This document shows positions 13,113 to 27,864 of a stretch of 64,000 nucleotides of DNA, one piece after another. The notes beneath the pieces are model-generated. The model was not told the DNA's origin, made no database searches, and saw only the letters and a list, made by a program, of their open reading frames with translations. The stretch is taken from contig OZ038378.1 of NCBI GenBank assembly GCA_964036045.1, positions 187,550,001-187,614,000 of the forward strand, given 5' to 3'. This DNA is from Eutreptiella sp. 'Long Island Sound 2002'. Lineage: Eukaryota; Protista; Euglenida. Each line of letters begins with the position of its first letter. Positions within the stretch are counted from its first letter, which is position 1. The translations under genes were made by a program, and so were the position numbers.

Positions 13113-16002
13113 TCTACGGCGTTTCCAATTGTATGTGAACTCAGTGACAGGTTGACAGATTGATCCAGTGAGGCCTGCATGGCGTTGGTTCCATACGTAC
13201 CGCCGCGTCTTCACTGAAGTTTGCTTTTTCAGTGGTCCATCCACTGGCATCTTTGCGTCCTTGTTGACAGAAAGGTACCTATGGTCTTGTAGGCCACTGA
13301 TGAGCCACATTTCTTTCTGCGCTTTGTGCTGATCGCGTCTTGTGCTCACGCACCATAGCCCAGCATTCCTTCGGGGGGGCATACTCAAGTTCTCCCCGTT
13401 GCATCAGCACGGCCTTGTCCAAGCACGGCGACCCTGTCCGACCGCAGCTCCTGTGGTGTGAATAACCCTAACTTGTCATGTCTAACTGCGAGCAATCTGT
13501 ACTCGGAACCCCAAGTCATCCAGGTGCACGTGGTGCGCACCTTTGTGGTCGCCAGACGACTTTCGAATGAGCGAGAACTTGTCTACGCATGGGGTGCCTG
13601 TCTGACCGTCATTTGACCTGTATTTGGCCGTGCTCGCGCAAAGGGCGAAGGCTGCTGTGCGTCCTGGCTTTGTTTATCTCAGACATGCTTCTGCCTGCAC
13701 TGTACATTTTTGTGGCTTGTTCTGGCTGTGTATATGTATGTGCTCTGGTGCAGTCCTATCGCATCGCCTTATATCGCAGGGCTTGCGAGGCTGGGAGTGG
13801 CATTTGTGGCCGTTCCTCTTCCGCGACTGTCCACACGTGTGTAATCTGTCGCTGTGAGCGCACACAAGGTTGATTGACGTATGCGTTGTTGGGTGTAGAT
13901 TTTGTCTTTTGGGGGGGGGGACGGGGATGCAATATGGGTTTCGTGTGTGTCCTGTCTGGTCACCGTATGCACACACGCACAATGAGAACCACCAAAGTAG
14001 TACAAAGCGACAACGGCGAGAGACAGAGTAATCAAGTGCAAAGAAGTGTGGGTTTTCAGGCAGTGTCGCGTCATGCAGCGTTGCAATGAGCTGAGCCACC
14101 CTCAGATCGATGGGCTTCATTTGTCCCTCGCTATTTCGTGGCTAGTTTTCGGCCACCTGCAGTGGTGAGCTGCGCTGCTCTGGTTTGTGAGGAACTCAAT
14201 GTGGGAGGGGGTGTAGGTGGTCTGCCGAAGTCAGCTTTCCTCTTGCGGAGCACTGTGCTGCCCGAACCACGCAACCAGTCTTTGTGACCATGGAACAGTA
14301 TTTACAGTGTACCGCTCTGTCTCAGCCCCAGATCCCTGTGGCAACGCAGTCCTTGGGAACGTTGCGCAAGGGAGTGGGTGGTTGCGTCGGGTCGGGTCGG
14401 GGCACGGGCCTTAGTCTGGGTCAAGGTGCTCAAGGTTGCAACAGCCTTAACAGCATTGGATGTGCAGCACGACCGGGACCGACACGTCCGAAGGTGCCGT
14501 GTCAACATTGGTCGACTGCTGATAGTCCTGCAGGCGGGAGATACCCCCCCCACTCCCCCCGTTGCTGTATGTGTGGACCCGGGGACCGCAGGATGGAGGG
14601 GGTTGGCAAGAAGAAGTCACATTGCAGTCGGAGGAGAAAGACAAGGCACCTTGATGCAGTGGTGATGGGGCAGAAAAGCGAGGGATGAGGGATGTGGAGG
14701 CACAGCAAGGAGCCACAATAGGTAAGCGGGACAAGTAGCAAGAAAGGGGGGGGCATCGTGCAGGAGGTGCGGGAACAATGAGTGCCACCAGCCAAATGCA
14801 TCGGCTTGGTCTGGTGCTGCAGCATACCCCATGGGTTTAAATGCACGAAAAGGCTGGGAAGGTCCGATAGCCGATGCCAATCGATTTGTAAACTGGGTGC
14901 GGATCGAAAGGGCACTGTGAATGGAATCGGGGGATGATTGTGCATCCGTCTGTGATTCGATCGCATTCTGACCAATTGAGAATGTGGGATATGGGCACCA
15001 CGGTGTGGCCGAAACTCACTTGGTTTGACCGCCCAAATCGTTCTGTGCTGCGCTGGAAATGGTTGGTATGGCCATCCTGTCGCCAGATTTGATTCGCAGT
15101 CCCATTGAATAGGTTTTTTCCCAGCATGGTCCCTGTAGTCCCCGTCCCTGTAGCTTCCCTGGCCTGGTCCCTGTAGCACTGTCAGACACTGTGCACTTAA
15201 CAATATCTGCCTCCAGGAACACCCTTGCGCTGTGGGGTGGCCACTGTGTGTTCCTGTTGCTTGTTCCTGGGCCCGCTGGACCCTTCGGGATCACGATTGT
15301 GAGAAGCGGTCGCAATTAGTGTGGAAGTTTGCACCCGATAGATCGCGAATTTTGTGTGTTATGTGGCATGCATTTCATGCGAGATCTCACTGAGACACTC
15401 GCTGTGTCTGATCCAGCCCGCTCTTGTATCACGGTACCACAGGACCAAACAACCGTGGCTCCATCGTTTAAACCAAACCTTTGACCCCTTAACTCCCAGC
15501 CTGTCACTGTGAGCATGCTCTGCAAACGCCATGAGCCTGCAATCCCAGACATGCTCCAAACACAGAACACACCCGCAAGAGAAGGTCTTGATGTCTCTGT
15601 CTCTCATGTATCCCTGGCACCTGTCACACTTGAATGATGATGTACATACCCAGATTGTCTGTTTTTTCGTGCTGAACACCCGTATCCTGCAGCTTCTGTT
15701 GTGTTCCAGCAGTGCAGTGCCATGTTCTGAACCAGCCTCTGGTCTTCTAGGCATCTCACCGGCAGAGGAGGAGGTAAGAAGAGCGCCACTTTGTTTGCGG
15801 CTGACTACTTTCCGGCACACCGCAACCCTGGAGCTCCCCCCACGCGGCCCTCTGGTCTTCTAGAAATAAGTGCAACGTGTTTACAACCAAGTCGGTCCAT
15901 GTGGCAGGCAGTATCACCTCAGTCTGCGGGCCACTGGGGTGGCAGAGTGACCAAAACCTTGCCTGCCCACGAGAAGCCCAGGCCTTTGGAAAATCTCATG
16001 TA

Positions 16003-16402
16003 CCCCCCCCCCCCCATAAGCTCCGCCCTTGTCCAAGCTACAGTAGGGGTAGGAACCATATTAAATTGGGGCCTAATTTTAATTCGGTACCAAACGTAGT
16101 GCAGCCACATAAGACATGGGTTTGGTGACGAATTTGTCATTTACACAGAGTCATGGACACGTTTGTTGTGAGTGTTTGCCCACTTGAACCCACATAGCTC
16201 TGATTTTGGGTATATTTTGCATTACATTCCCCTTGCTTGCACCAGCTCACCATGCAATCTTCTCTTTTTGAACCTGGGCGCCCGCTGTCGGTAGTTGTAT
16301 GTGTCGCGCACAAGCTACGCCCGTGTCCAAGCTACAGTAGGCGTAGGGACCGTATTAATTTGGGACTGTGGCGTAGCTCATACAAGGGGGGGGGGGGGGG
16401 GG
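16003..16402 (+). mobile_element. Family E MITE, copy 1 (poly-C/poly-G TIR, TA TSD)
   Basis: TA|Cn...GGCGTAGCTCATACAAG Gn|TA; internal direct repeat GCCC(T/G)TGTCCAAGCTACAGTAGG near both ends; homologous to 52748-53031. Confidence 0.85.
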
Positions 16403-17142
16403 TAGTTGATCATTTGTCACAAGATCTCTTGTTATGTGCACCTTCTCGCTAGTGAGATTGTTGCGCTGAGACACCACCAGTTGCCCTGCGGCTGCTTGCC
16501 CTAGTAGCAATGCACCCTGATCACCGGTAGAGCCCCGGTGCCGCCGACGTGCCTCAATCAACATCAATCCACTAGGCCCACAAAACCGGGGCCCCCACAC
16601 CGCTTGTATTGAAACAAGCCCACGTCATCATCAACACAAACTTTGCAGCATTCACTGCTGCATTACAACACAAGGACATCATCACAGCCATTGCAAAAGT
16701 AGTGGAGGTGCACGTTCATGCAAGCAAAGCCCGAACTCAACGTCATAGACCTACCACTCGCCGCACTGGGTTAGGCAGGGGAAGTTCACACCAAGGGAGG
16801 TGTTGAGTGAACAAGGTGAACTGTCGGTTGAAGTGCTATGATGTCTCCATGCAAAGTGCGGGGGGAGGGGGGGGTGTTCTATCAACGGCTATTGCCACAA
16901 GTGGTGGCGCCGCGGGATTTGCCTCTTGTGTGGGTTAAATCGCCCACCGCTTATCAGCTGCTGCGGCATCTATGAGGGAGTACCGGGCACGGTGCACACA
17001 CGGTGCAAGTATTTGACTTGTTCTCAGGACCACTTCCTCTAATTTAGAGGGTAATGCATGCTGTTGTTAGGGCAAAAGGCCACAAATTGTCTACCCACAT
17101 CCTCTAGGCAGATGCAACTCAGTGATTCCGTTTGTAGGCAGA

Positions 17143-18331
17143 CCCCCCCCCCCCCCTTCAACAAACTCCCACCCCTTGCAATCCCCCCCCCCCTGGGGAG
17201 ACCGTCACTTCCATGTTTTTCTAGTTAACATGTATTGTGCTGGTTTGTGTTGCCCATCTGCTTTACGCATGGCCTTGTATTGCTTTCCCATTACTTCAAA
17301 TCAAGCACCTGTGTGTGTTCCATGATATTTTCTCTCCAAAAGCGTTGTATGGGTGTGTTGTGTTGCTACTTCAAACCCAAGATGTTTTCTCCCGGTGACC
17401 ATTTACGGTACCACTCCCGCACACTTGGTGCACATGTGTTGGCCACTGTCGTGGGCCCTTCACCAAATGGGCCACAGTTTTGCCACATTCAGTGCCTCCA
17501 AAGAAGTCGGTGGCTGCCCCCAAGGCAAGAGCAAAGGCTGCCCCCCAGCCAAGAGCAAAGCCAGCCGCCAAACGGGCTGGTCTGGCTGTGCCAAACCAGC
17601 TCTGCGCGCCATTGCCTCCTCCTCATCAGCCACTGCAACACACCCCGTGCCTGTCATGCAAATTGAGCATGTGCAACAGTTCAAAGTGTGTTATTCTCGT
17701 AAGTAGAAGTTCTTTACCGTTCCTTTGGATCCTCAATAACATTTGTGTTGGATGAAACACATTGGCATTTATGCACTATTTGACGGGAAGTACACCAGCA
17801 AAGCCCAACGAGAAGGTAAAAGATGTGCATGACTGCTATTTTGCAAGGGTGGTAGAATATTTCACGCGCTTTTCTTACTACCCCCCCCCCCCTTTGCAAA
17901 CTCCCCCCCCTTGCTATCCCCCCCCCCACCCGGGAGACCGTCACTTCCATGTTTTTCTAGTTAACATGTATTGTGCTGGTTTGTGTTGCCCATCTGCTTT
18001 ACACCTGCTTTGCAACACACCACGTGCCTGTCAGGCAAATTGAGCATGTGCAACAGTTCAAAGTGTGTTATTCTCGTACCCAGAAGTTCTTTACCGTTCC
18101 TTTGGATCCTCAATAACATTTGTGTTGGATAAAGCACATTGGCATCAACGCGAAAGTCGCTTCACACGTGTTCTCTTTGCTTGCATTAGTGGAGGGTACC
18201 ACAGTTTGCCTTGAAATACCCTTGCAATCCCCCCCCCCCCCCCGGGAGACTGTCACTTGGCGACCGTCTCCCCCCCCCCACCCGGGAGACCGTCACGCGC
18301 TAACCCGGGAGTTTGCAAGGGGGGCGGGGGG
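17143..18331 (+). mobile_element. Family F compound element: cargo-bearing copy (17143-17880) followed by a complete short MITE (17881-18331)
   Basis: TA|CnTTTGCAAACTCCC...GGGAGTTTGCAAG Gn|TA for the short copy; blocks 17180-17330 and 17630-17790 are duplicated in it. Confidence 0.8.
17382..17590 (+). pseudogene. Frameshifted Tudor-like + Lys/Ala/Pro-rich mini-ORF carried by element F
   Basis: MFSPGDHLRYHSRTLGAHVLATVVGPSPNGPQFCHIQ, then in another frame VPPKKSVAAPKARAKAAPQPRAKPAAKR; AG immediately before the ATG. Confidence 0.5.
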
Positions 18332-20399
18332 TACCTACCTTGTTGTACAAAGGTGGTTGTTGGTTTTGGGTGGGTTTATCCGTTAATCCGTTCTGGTGTG
18401 GTTTCTTGCATATGCACGCAGTTTGCACGTAGCCATGAGATTTGCAAGGGCTAAAGATGTGGAACAAAAATTCAAGCCCAAAAGCTCCACACCCCAAGAA
18501 GGCGAGGCTATAGGGGCAACCCGTGCTGGGATAGCGGGTCCACGCTTGATAGGCTGTCCACCACTGCCCCCCCCCCCCCCCCACCCACCATGGGCAGTAC
18601 AGACACCGACTCTTCACTGTAATGACCTAACCCAGGGAGGGAAAGGTAGAGTTAGAGCTAGATAGCACTGTGATGGCATGGACTTGAGGTTTGGCCAATT
18701 GGGTGCCAACTTCATGCGAGACCACAAGAACTGTCCAGGTGCCCCCCCAAGTATGTATATGCACGCCCCAGGGCGGGCAGATAGCAAAAGGAGCGACACA
18801 ACAATCACCAGGAGAGGAAGGAGCCAATGACCGATCGTTCAGGTAAGTGCTGTACGCATAGAAGAGCTCATTGTACATAGCATTGATGTTGGGAGCAATG
18901 ACTCTAACGGGACTGAGCATCTATGGTTCCAGAACGCTATTGCCCTGGTGTAGACCCGCTCTATGATGTTGAATGTGTTTGCGGCCCCCCACCCACCCAC
19001 CCACCCACCCACGGGGGGTGTGACCCCTCGGGTCTAGACGCCAACTAGCCCCCCAACGAACCGTTGCCCGAAGGCGAAGGCGAAGGGAGGGGGGGGGGGG
19101 GGGGCTGGGAAGGGCGAATGAGAGGGCGGGGTCGGGCACCTCCGAATAGTTGGACATGCGGCCCAAGTGTCATCCGACAGTTCTCACTGCCCCTTGCCCC
19201 AATAGAGGGTAGGGTATCATCGGCTTGGGTGTTCCCAGCCATAGTGGGAACCTCAGGGGGGTGGGCTCCTGAGGCTGTCATGGGATTTGAGTTCCACAAT
19301 GGCACAAGACATACATAGATATATAGGGGTTGGAATGCACATGCATAACCGTGGCCATAGTGACTCAGGGTGGTGGCCTCGGACCACACGCCATGATGGT
19401 AGGAGGAGGAGGAAGAGGAGGCCGGCCATCAACTTGTTGTGCCCCCGGCTCTTCTTGGATTTCTTTGGAGGCATGTTTACTAAACAAAATTGGAGGGGAT
19501 GGTGGAGGCACACAAAGGAGTTGCTGTTGTACCCACGGGATCTTCAATCAGCCATGTACACCACAGAAACGAGCGCTGAGTCCGACACTATCGTGGCCCG
19601 GCAACTTCGGCGCCTATGAACTCCTTAGGCCGGTACCTTTGACAACTACCTGTTGGCTGGAGGCCCCCTTTGGTGTGTGGGGGGAGGGGGGGGCTGTTGG
19701 CGTCCTAGAACGCACAGAGTCGCAACCCCCGGGCCCCCACCCATCAAATGCTACAACGGTTCCAAACTTACAGCATTTCTGAGCAATCAGAATTGTGCCT
19801 CAAGGGTTCGGGTGCAGACAAATGCCGAGCACAAGCAGCAGAAGAGGGAGCAGCAGAGGTAGCAGAACAGCGATTTGACCTTCCCAGCATCCTGCCTTTT
19901 TGAGTTTGCATTTACCACACTTCCCCTACACTTTGGTTGTTGTGCCAGTGAATGAACCCGCGAACATTGCTACACATTCATGCCAGGACGTGCATATGTG
20001 GGAGCACTTCATGACCTGCTTGTGGCCCGCTTTGCTTGTTTTGCCTATATGTTCTCACCTCTATGCCTCTCACAGTGAGTGGGATGGTGTGCTCGCCGGT
20101 GCTTATCGGTGCTTATCGGTGCTTATCAGCATGGCTTGAATTGGACATATGGTTTGCTGCCTGTAAGTTGAAGATTGCAGTGTGAGCGGTCATTAAATCA
20201 ATTTCATCCCCCACCACGGCAGGTTCTGGGATTGGGATTCAAACCTGGGGCCCCTTTTACGCCGCCCCATTATGGCAGCTTTGGGTTGTGGTTGTCATCA
20301 CCTCTTTCAAAGTTCTTTTCTGGTGCAGCAATGTTGTGCAAGAACTCATGTTCTGTCCCAAACCAGAGGATACTTGAGTAAGTGCTCCCTGAAACTACA

Positions 20400-20711
20400 A
20401 TGGGTCGGAACAAGCGGAAGCCTCGACCAGAGACGGCTGGCAGTGCTTCGCAAGGTGCCGGAGCCGAAGAGAAGCAACAGACGGAGTGCGAGCCAAGTGG
20501 AACAAAAGAGAAGCAACAGACGGAGGGCGAGCCAAGTGGAACAAAAGAGAAGCAACAGACGGAGTGCGAGCCAAGTGGAACAAAAGAGAAGCAACAGACG
20601 GAGGGCGAGCCAAGTAGAACAAATGAGGCTGGCAATACCTCTGGCGACCCGCCAATAGTGGCCCAGGTGGACGCTGGCGAAGCTTCTGGCGACCCACCGA
20701 TAGTGACACAG
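20400..20711 (+). CDS. SET gene exon 1 (low-complexity repeat N-terminus)
   Basis: MGRNKRKPRPE...DPPIVTQ|GTGATA, phase-0 donor; further 5' or intermediate exons cannot be excluded. Confidence 0.65.
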
Positions 20712-23700
20712 GTGATATTCCTACCCCCTCTTCTGTCAATGTCAGGACGTGTGGGCCTTGGCCCTCCTTACATGCCCCCCGCCCAGGGAAGTATTGGAAT
20801 GGCTGTACACCACATGACACTGGATCCCCCTCCCCGCCCCTGGACCCCCCCCTCCCTCCTCCCCTTCTATGTGCAATCGAACAGGGAAAGTTTGTGGAGG
20901 TGAAAAAACCACTTTGGCCACCTACAACCGCCACGTGGCAGTGCAGGGTGCTTCTGTGTGGATGTGCAGTGGTATGTTGTGGCACTGTTGTCTGTTTGTG
21001 TTGCAGGATAGACCATGGAACGCTTTTTGCAGGATAGACCATGGAACGCTTTTTCCCTGTTAAAAGGCAGTGAAAACTGCCACTGTTCAAGAGATGGTTG
21101 CTGCAATCATGTATTTTCGTTGTACTGACGCTTTCAATGGGAAGCGGAGAGAGGAAGCCCCCAAATCAGGTGAAAAAGGCTGCTGCTTCCATACAAAGCG
21201 GGTACTAACTTCACAACACAGGGCATTGTGCAGTGCTGCGCAACGGATATGTCTTCAGATGACATTTCTGAGAACAAATACCCCTGTCCCACACAAAACT
21301 GCACATCCTATCCCCAACATATCCTTGAACAAGTGCTGCTTTTCCTTTCCTCAAGAAGAGTATTGCCTCTTGCATTCCATTGCACACTCAACGTCAATCC
21401 AGAGGTATGCTGGTGTGCCTCGCTAATTTTTTTTTCCTTTTTGGGCGGGACACCCTAAGAGGAGGGGGGTCCCAGCCAACCCCCTGCTCCCTCCCTTCTA
21501 ATACCACCCTCGCCCCTCCCCGCTTGCCAACTTGCTCAGTAGTCACCCTTGAATTTCCCATGGGGCTCAGTAAATGGGTGGGTGGGGAGGGGGGGGGGGT
21601 CAAAAAAAAAGGGCCTCAGCAACAAACCTTAGGCAACTTGGGGCCTCCGAAATGAGAGCCTTTTTGCCTCCTACAGGAAAGCCCGTGGGGGGTGGGTGGA
21701 TTTTGATGACCCCCACTCCACCACCCTGGAGCAGTCCCCCCCCCTTCCTTGCGCCCCTGGGGTGGGGTTCTATTGGAAACAGATGTGTACAAATGTGGCA
21801 TGTGGCATTGGTGGTGTGTGTTTGAGGACACGGTAGTCCCTGCTGCAGTTGCTTCTCACAGCGGCATCCCACCTACGCCTCCCAGTACCGGGTATCGCGA
21901 AATCTGAGTTGGAGGTTTGCAGCTGGATGTCGTGGAGTCGTGGATGTCGTGGAGTCCTAGTCAATGGAAGAGCCAGAATCAGAGTCCTTACCCAAACTGC
22001 AGCTCGAAGTAGGACTAGGGCTGATGACCGAAGGCCCAGAAGACTGTTTTTATCCAGTTGCTGCAGGAGGGTGCTTGCCAGCAGGCAACACCTCCGGTGG
22101 CAATTTGAGTGTGTAGTCCTAAAAGGGCACGGGGTGCACACAACTCATGCACTGTTGTGTGGCCCCACACAGCTGGTTGGCACCACACTGTTTAGTGCCC
22201 CAGTTGTTGGAAGTGCCTGATACTGCGTGGTACTGCTCAGAGTTTCAGAAGGAGGGAGCTGGCCCGAGAATCTTAGGGGGCAGAATGGTCCCCAGAAGTT
22301 GGTGGGGGGGCGTTGCCATAAAGGCTAAGTAAGTGTGCGGGTGGGGGGACCCTTGGGGGTTGGGGATTAGACTCCTGAGGGGGTTGGATCAGGGTCATAC
22401 TGTGGCATGCACAGACATACTTTGTTGCTGTGTTCTTGCCTCATATCTGCACTCATGGCTCGTTCACCCATTGTTTTCCTTTTCAGGTGTCCCTGCCTCA
22501 CGTGCAAAAGAGATTAACAATAAATGGGAAATGTCGTTCTTTGCAGGAGATGATGACAACAGTAAATACCAAGTATGTGATGTGGCCTGCGGCTGAAAGT
22601 TCTCAGTCGGGGCAACAAAATGGCAGTTCTTGTACGCCCGCTGCTTTGCACTGTACTTATTTCTTTCGAGCCTCTCAGGCCAATTTCAAAGGAGTGGTGT
22701 CAATTGCGGACTGCAAAGTAAAGGACGGGATCCATCTTTTGTCCCATTAGGGAATGTCCTGATACCTGGAATACCATTGGAGAATAGGTATGGCTTAAAA
22801 CATTTCAGTATTTACGGCCCGCACGCGTGAGGTCAGATTCTTTGGAGTTCCCTGGGCACGATTGACAATCTGAGTGGTCTGTGATCTTCAGGGGGCAGCT
22901 GCAGCGGCAGCACTGGCAGCACAAGCGAACCCGCCCAGCGGTAGTACATGGGTAACAAGACGCACCACACAACAGCATCAGCAGCAGCAAGGGAGGCTCT
23001 GTGAGGCTGTGATGGCGTGTCAACGTCGTGTTGCGAGACGGATGCTCGTAGGTTTAGGGCGACAAGCGCTGAGTAGGCCATCGGATGTGCAAACGGGGCA
23101 TTGGCTAACCAGGGGGCTGTTCGGCAAGGTTTGTGGATGTCCGCCATCTTTCACATTGTGGGTCCTAGTACTGGTTGGCAAGCGTAGCAGTCGGTCAGCC
23201 ATGACCATTACTTCCGCATAAATGCACATTCTTACACTTGCTAACGACCACCCAGATCCCCAATGTCGTGGATGGCATTCTTCTCAAGGCTTCTCAAGGG
23301 TTGCACCCAACGACAATCCATATTTGTCTCAGGTGCACAGTGCATATTTCATCTGAAACTCCCAAATCCTCACTCGTTTCCCAGTCATGATCTGGGCTTG
23401 CATCAGGAGCGCCTTACCCTCCTGGACATCAAGAAAATTCGAACATTGCCACTAGACAGACGACATGCTGCTGAGCGGAACAATCACGACAGCATGGTCA
23501 TCACTTCGATTTGAAGGCGAGTTTTGAGGCACACCATATTGTACCGGAGAAGGCTCCAATCAGCAGCCAATCACATGCGATCACACAGCCTAAAATGTGC
23601 ACCAAAGCAATAAAAGACAAGACGTTTGTCCAAGCGGGGCATTTACATTGAGGGAACCAAATAGTGATTGACAGATTAAATGACCACGCTTGGAAGTAGA

Positions 23701-26700
23701 CAGCTCCGATATTTTGCCAAACTCCCCCCCCCCCCTTGCGCAAGCACCGCCTTGTCTAAGCACCAGGACCCGGTCTGACCGTCACTTTTACCGAATTTTC
23801 TGACCACGGCTTTTACGGGCAGAAAGTAGGCAAAGCGTGATTGTGTGCCGATTGTAGATGGAAAGAGGTGCTGTTTCATGCTTGTGATGAGGCCTCCTGC
23901 TCATAGCAACATTGTGCTCGTTACTGCACCCCACTGCTCTTTGTTTTGGTGTGATTTTCAGCCATGACTACTGTCGGTACCCCTGGCTTGGCTGGTTGGT
24001 GCTTGTGCAAGGGGGGGGGGGGGGGGGTATTGGAAGAGGCAAGCACAAAGTGTACTGCAATCCAAGTTGTCATCAAACCGGAGGCAAATACATCCATGCC
24101 CACATGGTGGCTTTTTTATCTCATATGAGAGGTCCCCGCTTCTGAAAGCGACTTTCGGCGAACTGGCTGCAACGATATGGCTAACGAACAGCAGTTGCTG
24201 GTCAAAATACATTTTCTTGACTTAATTGCGTGATTGAATCCGGCAATTTATTGTTATATGCGTTGTGTTGGGCAGGGGGCAGGACATTGGGCTCGCAGGA
24301 AGTGCGGCGCGTGGCACATACATCCCTCCGGGCGTCGCCGGAAGCGCACGCCCTCTTTGACGACATTGCAGACTGTCCTTCGTCCAATGCACAAATTGGA
24401 GTTGTTGCAAAGTGTGCATGCAAGGTTTGCATAGTTGGGCTACCTGCATCACATGTGCTGTTGATATGGCTGTTGTTCAGATATGGCAGCACACTGTGGC
24501 AGAAGTACATTGAACGGCATGAGGTGTCGCCTGAGGTCCTGGAAGTCGTCGTGGACAACACATACTTCGACAAGCAATCCACAGGGCTGCCGTACGTTGG
24601 CACATTGTACTCAGCGGCAATGGCTCATTCAGAAGCCATGAGAGCGAACCCGATGGGATACACGGAAAGGTTTCTTTTGCCAAAATTGAACAGGTATTGG
24701 ATCTCTGAGTGAGGGCATGGAGACGCAGATTGGGACCGCAACCCAGACCTGTGCCTGAATGGGAGAAATTGGTGGCGCGTCTCAAGACCCAATCTAGTCG
24801 CTGGAAAAGTGGTTGAGGGCAAATTGTGGCGGTTACAAAACGGTTGGACGGCGCCTGGAAGGCGCTTCAGAGAGCTGTGCGCATGCTGTGCGCACATTTC
24901 GTATCGCACTGCACCATAGAACCATACTTCATGGTATTTGGGGGCTATGGGATTGCCGCTTCACCAAAACGGCGGTGCGTTCAACATCAGTGGCCTCCTT
25001 TCCAAATTTTGGCACTTTGCGCCTACAACACGCTGACAGTGTCCACAATTAGCAGACCGCGTCTACTTGGGGTAGAGACTACAGACCTCAACTCCTATGG
25101 TCCATCGGTAAACAGGAGGGGTGCACAGGTGAATAGAGTGGCGTGCGGTGTAAAATGTGCTTATTCTTGCATATTATATATTAGGGGCCTTCGGCCCCAC
25201 ATGGGGCACTGCGCACCCACCCTTGGGGGGGCCGAATGTGCAAAAGTGCCCAGTGCCCCGGGCACCACCCAACTGCGAGTGGGACAACCCGACAGCCACA
25301 ATGGGATGCAGGGAGCGACATGCTACCCCCCCCGGCGCCGCACACCAGAAGCAGTGAGCATGCCAGCAGAAAAAGAAAGAGCCCGAAACTGGGAGGAACA
25401 CAAGCAGCACAACAACTGGGCACAGGGCCGCCCCACACACGGCAGTGAGATGAGCCCCAACAGGACACACAACAAGACACAAGGGAACCATGAGGTGCGA
25501 GCACTGCAGCAACCACCAAATGCGGCGCACGCAGAGCGAGCCATCAGCAAACACCCTCCCTCCCTCTACAAGGTGCCCACGTACTCCACAAGGGCGGGGG
25601 CTGCGCCCCGCGCACCGGGAGGTGCCCGCCACGGGGGTGGCAACAGGGCCGTGAACAGCCAACCGCGCATGGGACAGTCCACGTCGTACGGAGATGTGAA
25701 ATCCTCGTACGGGGGGGGGGGGCAGGCAGGGGGGACAGGAGGGGGTGCGCGACATGGGCACCCAGGAGCGCCACCAGACAGGGGGAGGAGCAACACAGAC
25801 ACACAGAACGCGGGAGCCACACCAAGAGGGACAAGGGCGAGCACAGCAGACAGGAGGAGGGGCACAGCAAGGCAGGAGAGGCAACCAGAACAGCGGGAAC
25901 AGGGAACCAGAATGGAGCGGATGGTGGAGCGTGCACATGGGAGGCAGCAACAATAAAGGGGATGGCTTGGCCAGCCAGCCCCATCGCTACCGGGTGCCAG
26001 GGCAACCCCTGCTCAACCGGCATCAGGTGGGGGGTGTCTCCCGCAGCCCAGATGGGCTGTTTGCGCAACAGGAGCGGGAGCCCATCAGGGGCAGACCAGC
26101 CGTTAGGGGGAAAAGGACATATGGTGGACGGCCCGGACAGCGCGTGGAGGAACAGGGCACCTGGGCCTCACAGAAACACAGCAAGGCAGGCTATGGACGG
26201 CCTGTGGACAGAGGTGTATGGACAGCAAAAACAGTCAAACGACCCCGGCAACAACCAGCACATCCTCAATACGCCAATTATTGGGCGCCGCTGACGCGCA
26301 AACGGCACACCATGCCACATTCAGCACAGCCCCAACACACCAACTACTGGGCTCCGCGAATGCGGAAACGACACCAGCAAGAGCACCGGCCGCAGCGGCC
26401 GACAGAAAGCAGCGACCTGATGCAACATGCGAAGGGAAGAACGGGTGACCGTCCAGGGCCCCGTAAACACGGGGGGGCGGCCGGGCCCGGTCCTTGTATG
26501 CGACACCCCCCAGCCCCCCCGGTTTTGAAAGATAGTGGTGCCGGGTCGGCCACCAACAAGTGTCCCTAGAGAAAACTGTCCGGCGCCGAAGGCACCAATT
26601 TTTTTGTCATACTATGTGTTTATACTCAAAATACTCAAAATTTTGTACAGAATTCATATTTGTGTTAAAACAACAAGAAAAAATTTTGACATGAAGGAGG

Positions 26701-27829
26701 GCTACAGGAGGGCTACAGACCCTGGCAGCAACCCTAGCCCTAACCCTTGCCCTATGCCCTAACAGTAGCCCTAACCCTAGCCCTAACCCTAGCCCTAACC
26801 CTAATCAAGACTGAATATTGGGACCGAGCTGGTGGGGGAGGGAACATTAGATATGAATGGTGAGGGACATCAAGAATGATTCACACATTGATGGCTCTTG
26901 ACAAAGTGAAATGCACCTGAACCCCATCACCACGAGGCCCACTTTCAAGGCTTTTTGGACTTCTCAGGGGCCAAAATGCCCCAAAATGGGCTCAAAATGG
27001 GCTCATTTCACCCTTTTGTGCACCCCAAATGGTCTACGATGAGTTTTGGAAAAATGTGTTTTTGACCCATTTTTGACCCATTTTTGGTCCCAAAACAGCC
27101 CATTTTCAAGGCATTTTGGGATTTTTGGGAGGACCCAAATGGGCCACCACAAGCTCAAAACAGTCCAAAAACACTTGTTTTAGCGTCGCACATGGTCTAG
27201 GATCATTTTTGCGGAAAGTCATATTTTTACCCCTTTCGGACCCTGTTGACCCATTTGGGTACCCACCTGTTTGGGCTTGAGCTTGCAGCTTGCCGCAGCC
27301 TAGTGGGCCTAGGTATTGGGGTGTAGGCGTCCGTTTGGGCAAATCTGAGGGGTGGAAACCACAAAACGTGGGGGGTTGCGGGTGGAGTAGGTGCCCTCGG
27401 AATCGCATTTTGAGCCATGTAGCCAAAGATATGGCCTATTCTTGGTTTGTGGCTGTCGGCATTTGGAGCTTTTGGGGGCCTTTTTGGGCCGCTTCCGCGG
27501 CATATCATGGAGTTAGAGGGCCGCAAAGAGCTCGTTGACACGGGGAAGTCAAGCGGCACGTGGAGTGTACCCACCGTTTCCCTTCGTTTGGCCGTTTTGA
27601 ATGTGTTCCAAGGCTTTTTTGGCCCAAAAATGGCTGTTTTTGGCCCTAAACTGCAGTTTTTGAAACTGAGGTCCGCCACTTGCGGATCCCGTTCCCGGCC
27701 GCCACCGTTGAGTTTCTTGCTCAAACTTTGTGTGATTGTACTTCACACCCATAGGTATCATCCACCAAAATTTCACCCGAATCTGAAGCACCACGACGGA
27801 GTTGTGATTTTTAGCCATTTCGCGCGTGC

Positions 27830-27864
<35 letters not shown>

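Noticed and set aside
21961-22110. In-frame 150-nt segment (…AGNTSGG…) echoing SET exon 1, as a possible cassette exon
   Set aside because: No pyrimidine tract and a weak donor (GTGTAG); not needed for frame
24826-26569. Long ORFs of 376, 259 and 274 aa on both strands
   Set aside because: Low-complexity purine/pyrimidine-skewed sequence is open in several frames; no domain motif; lies inside SET intron 3
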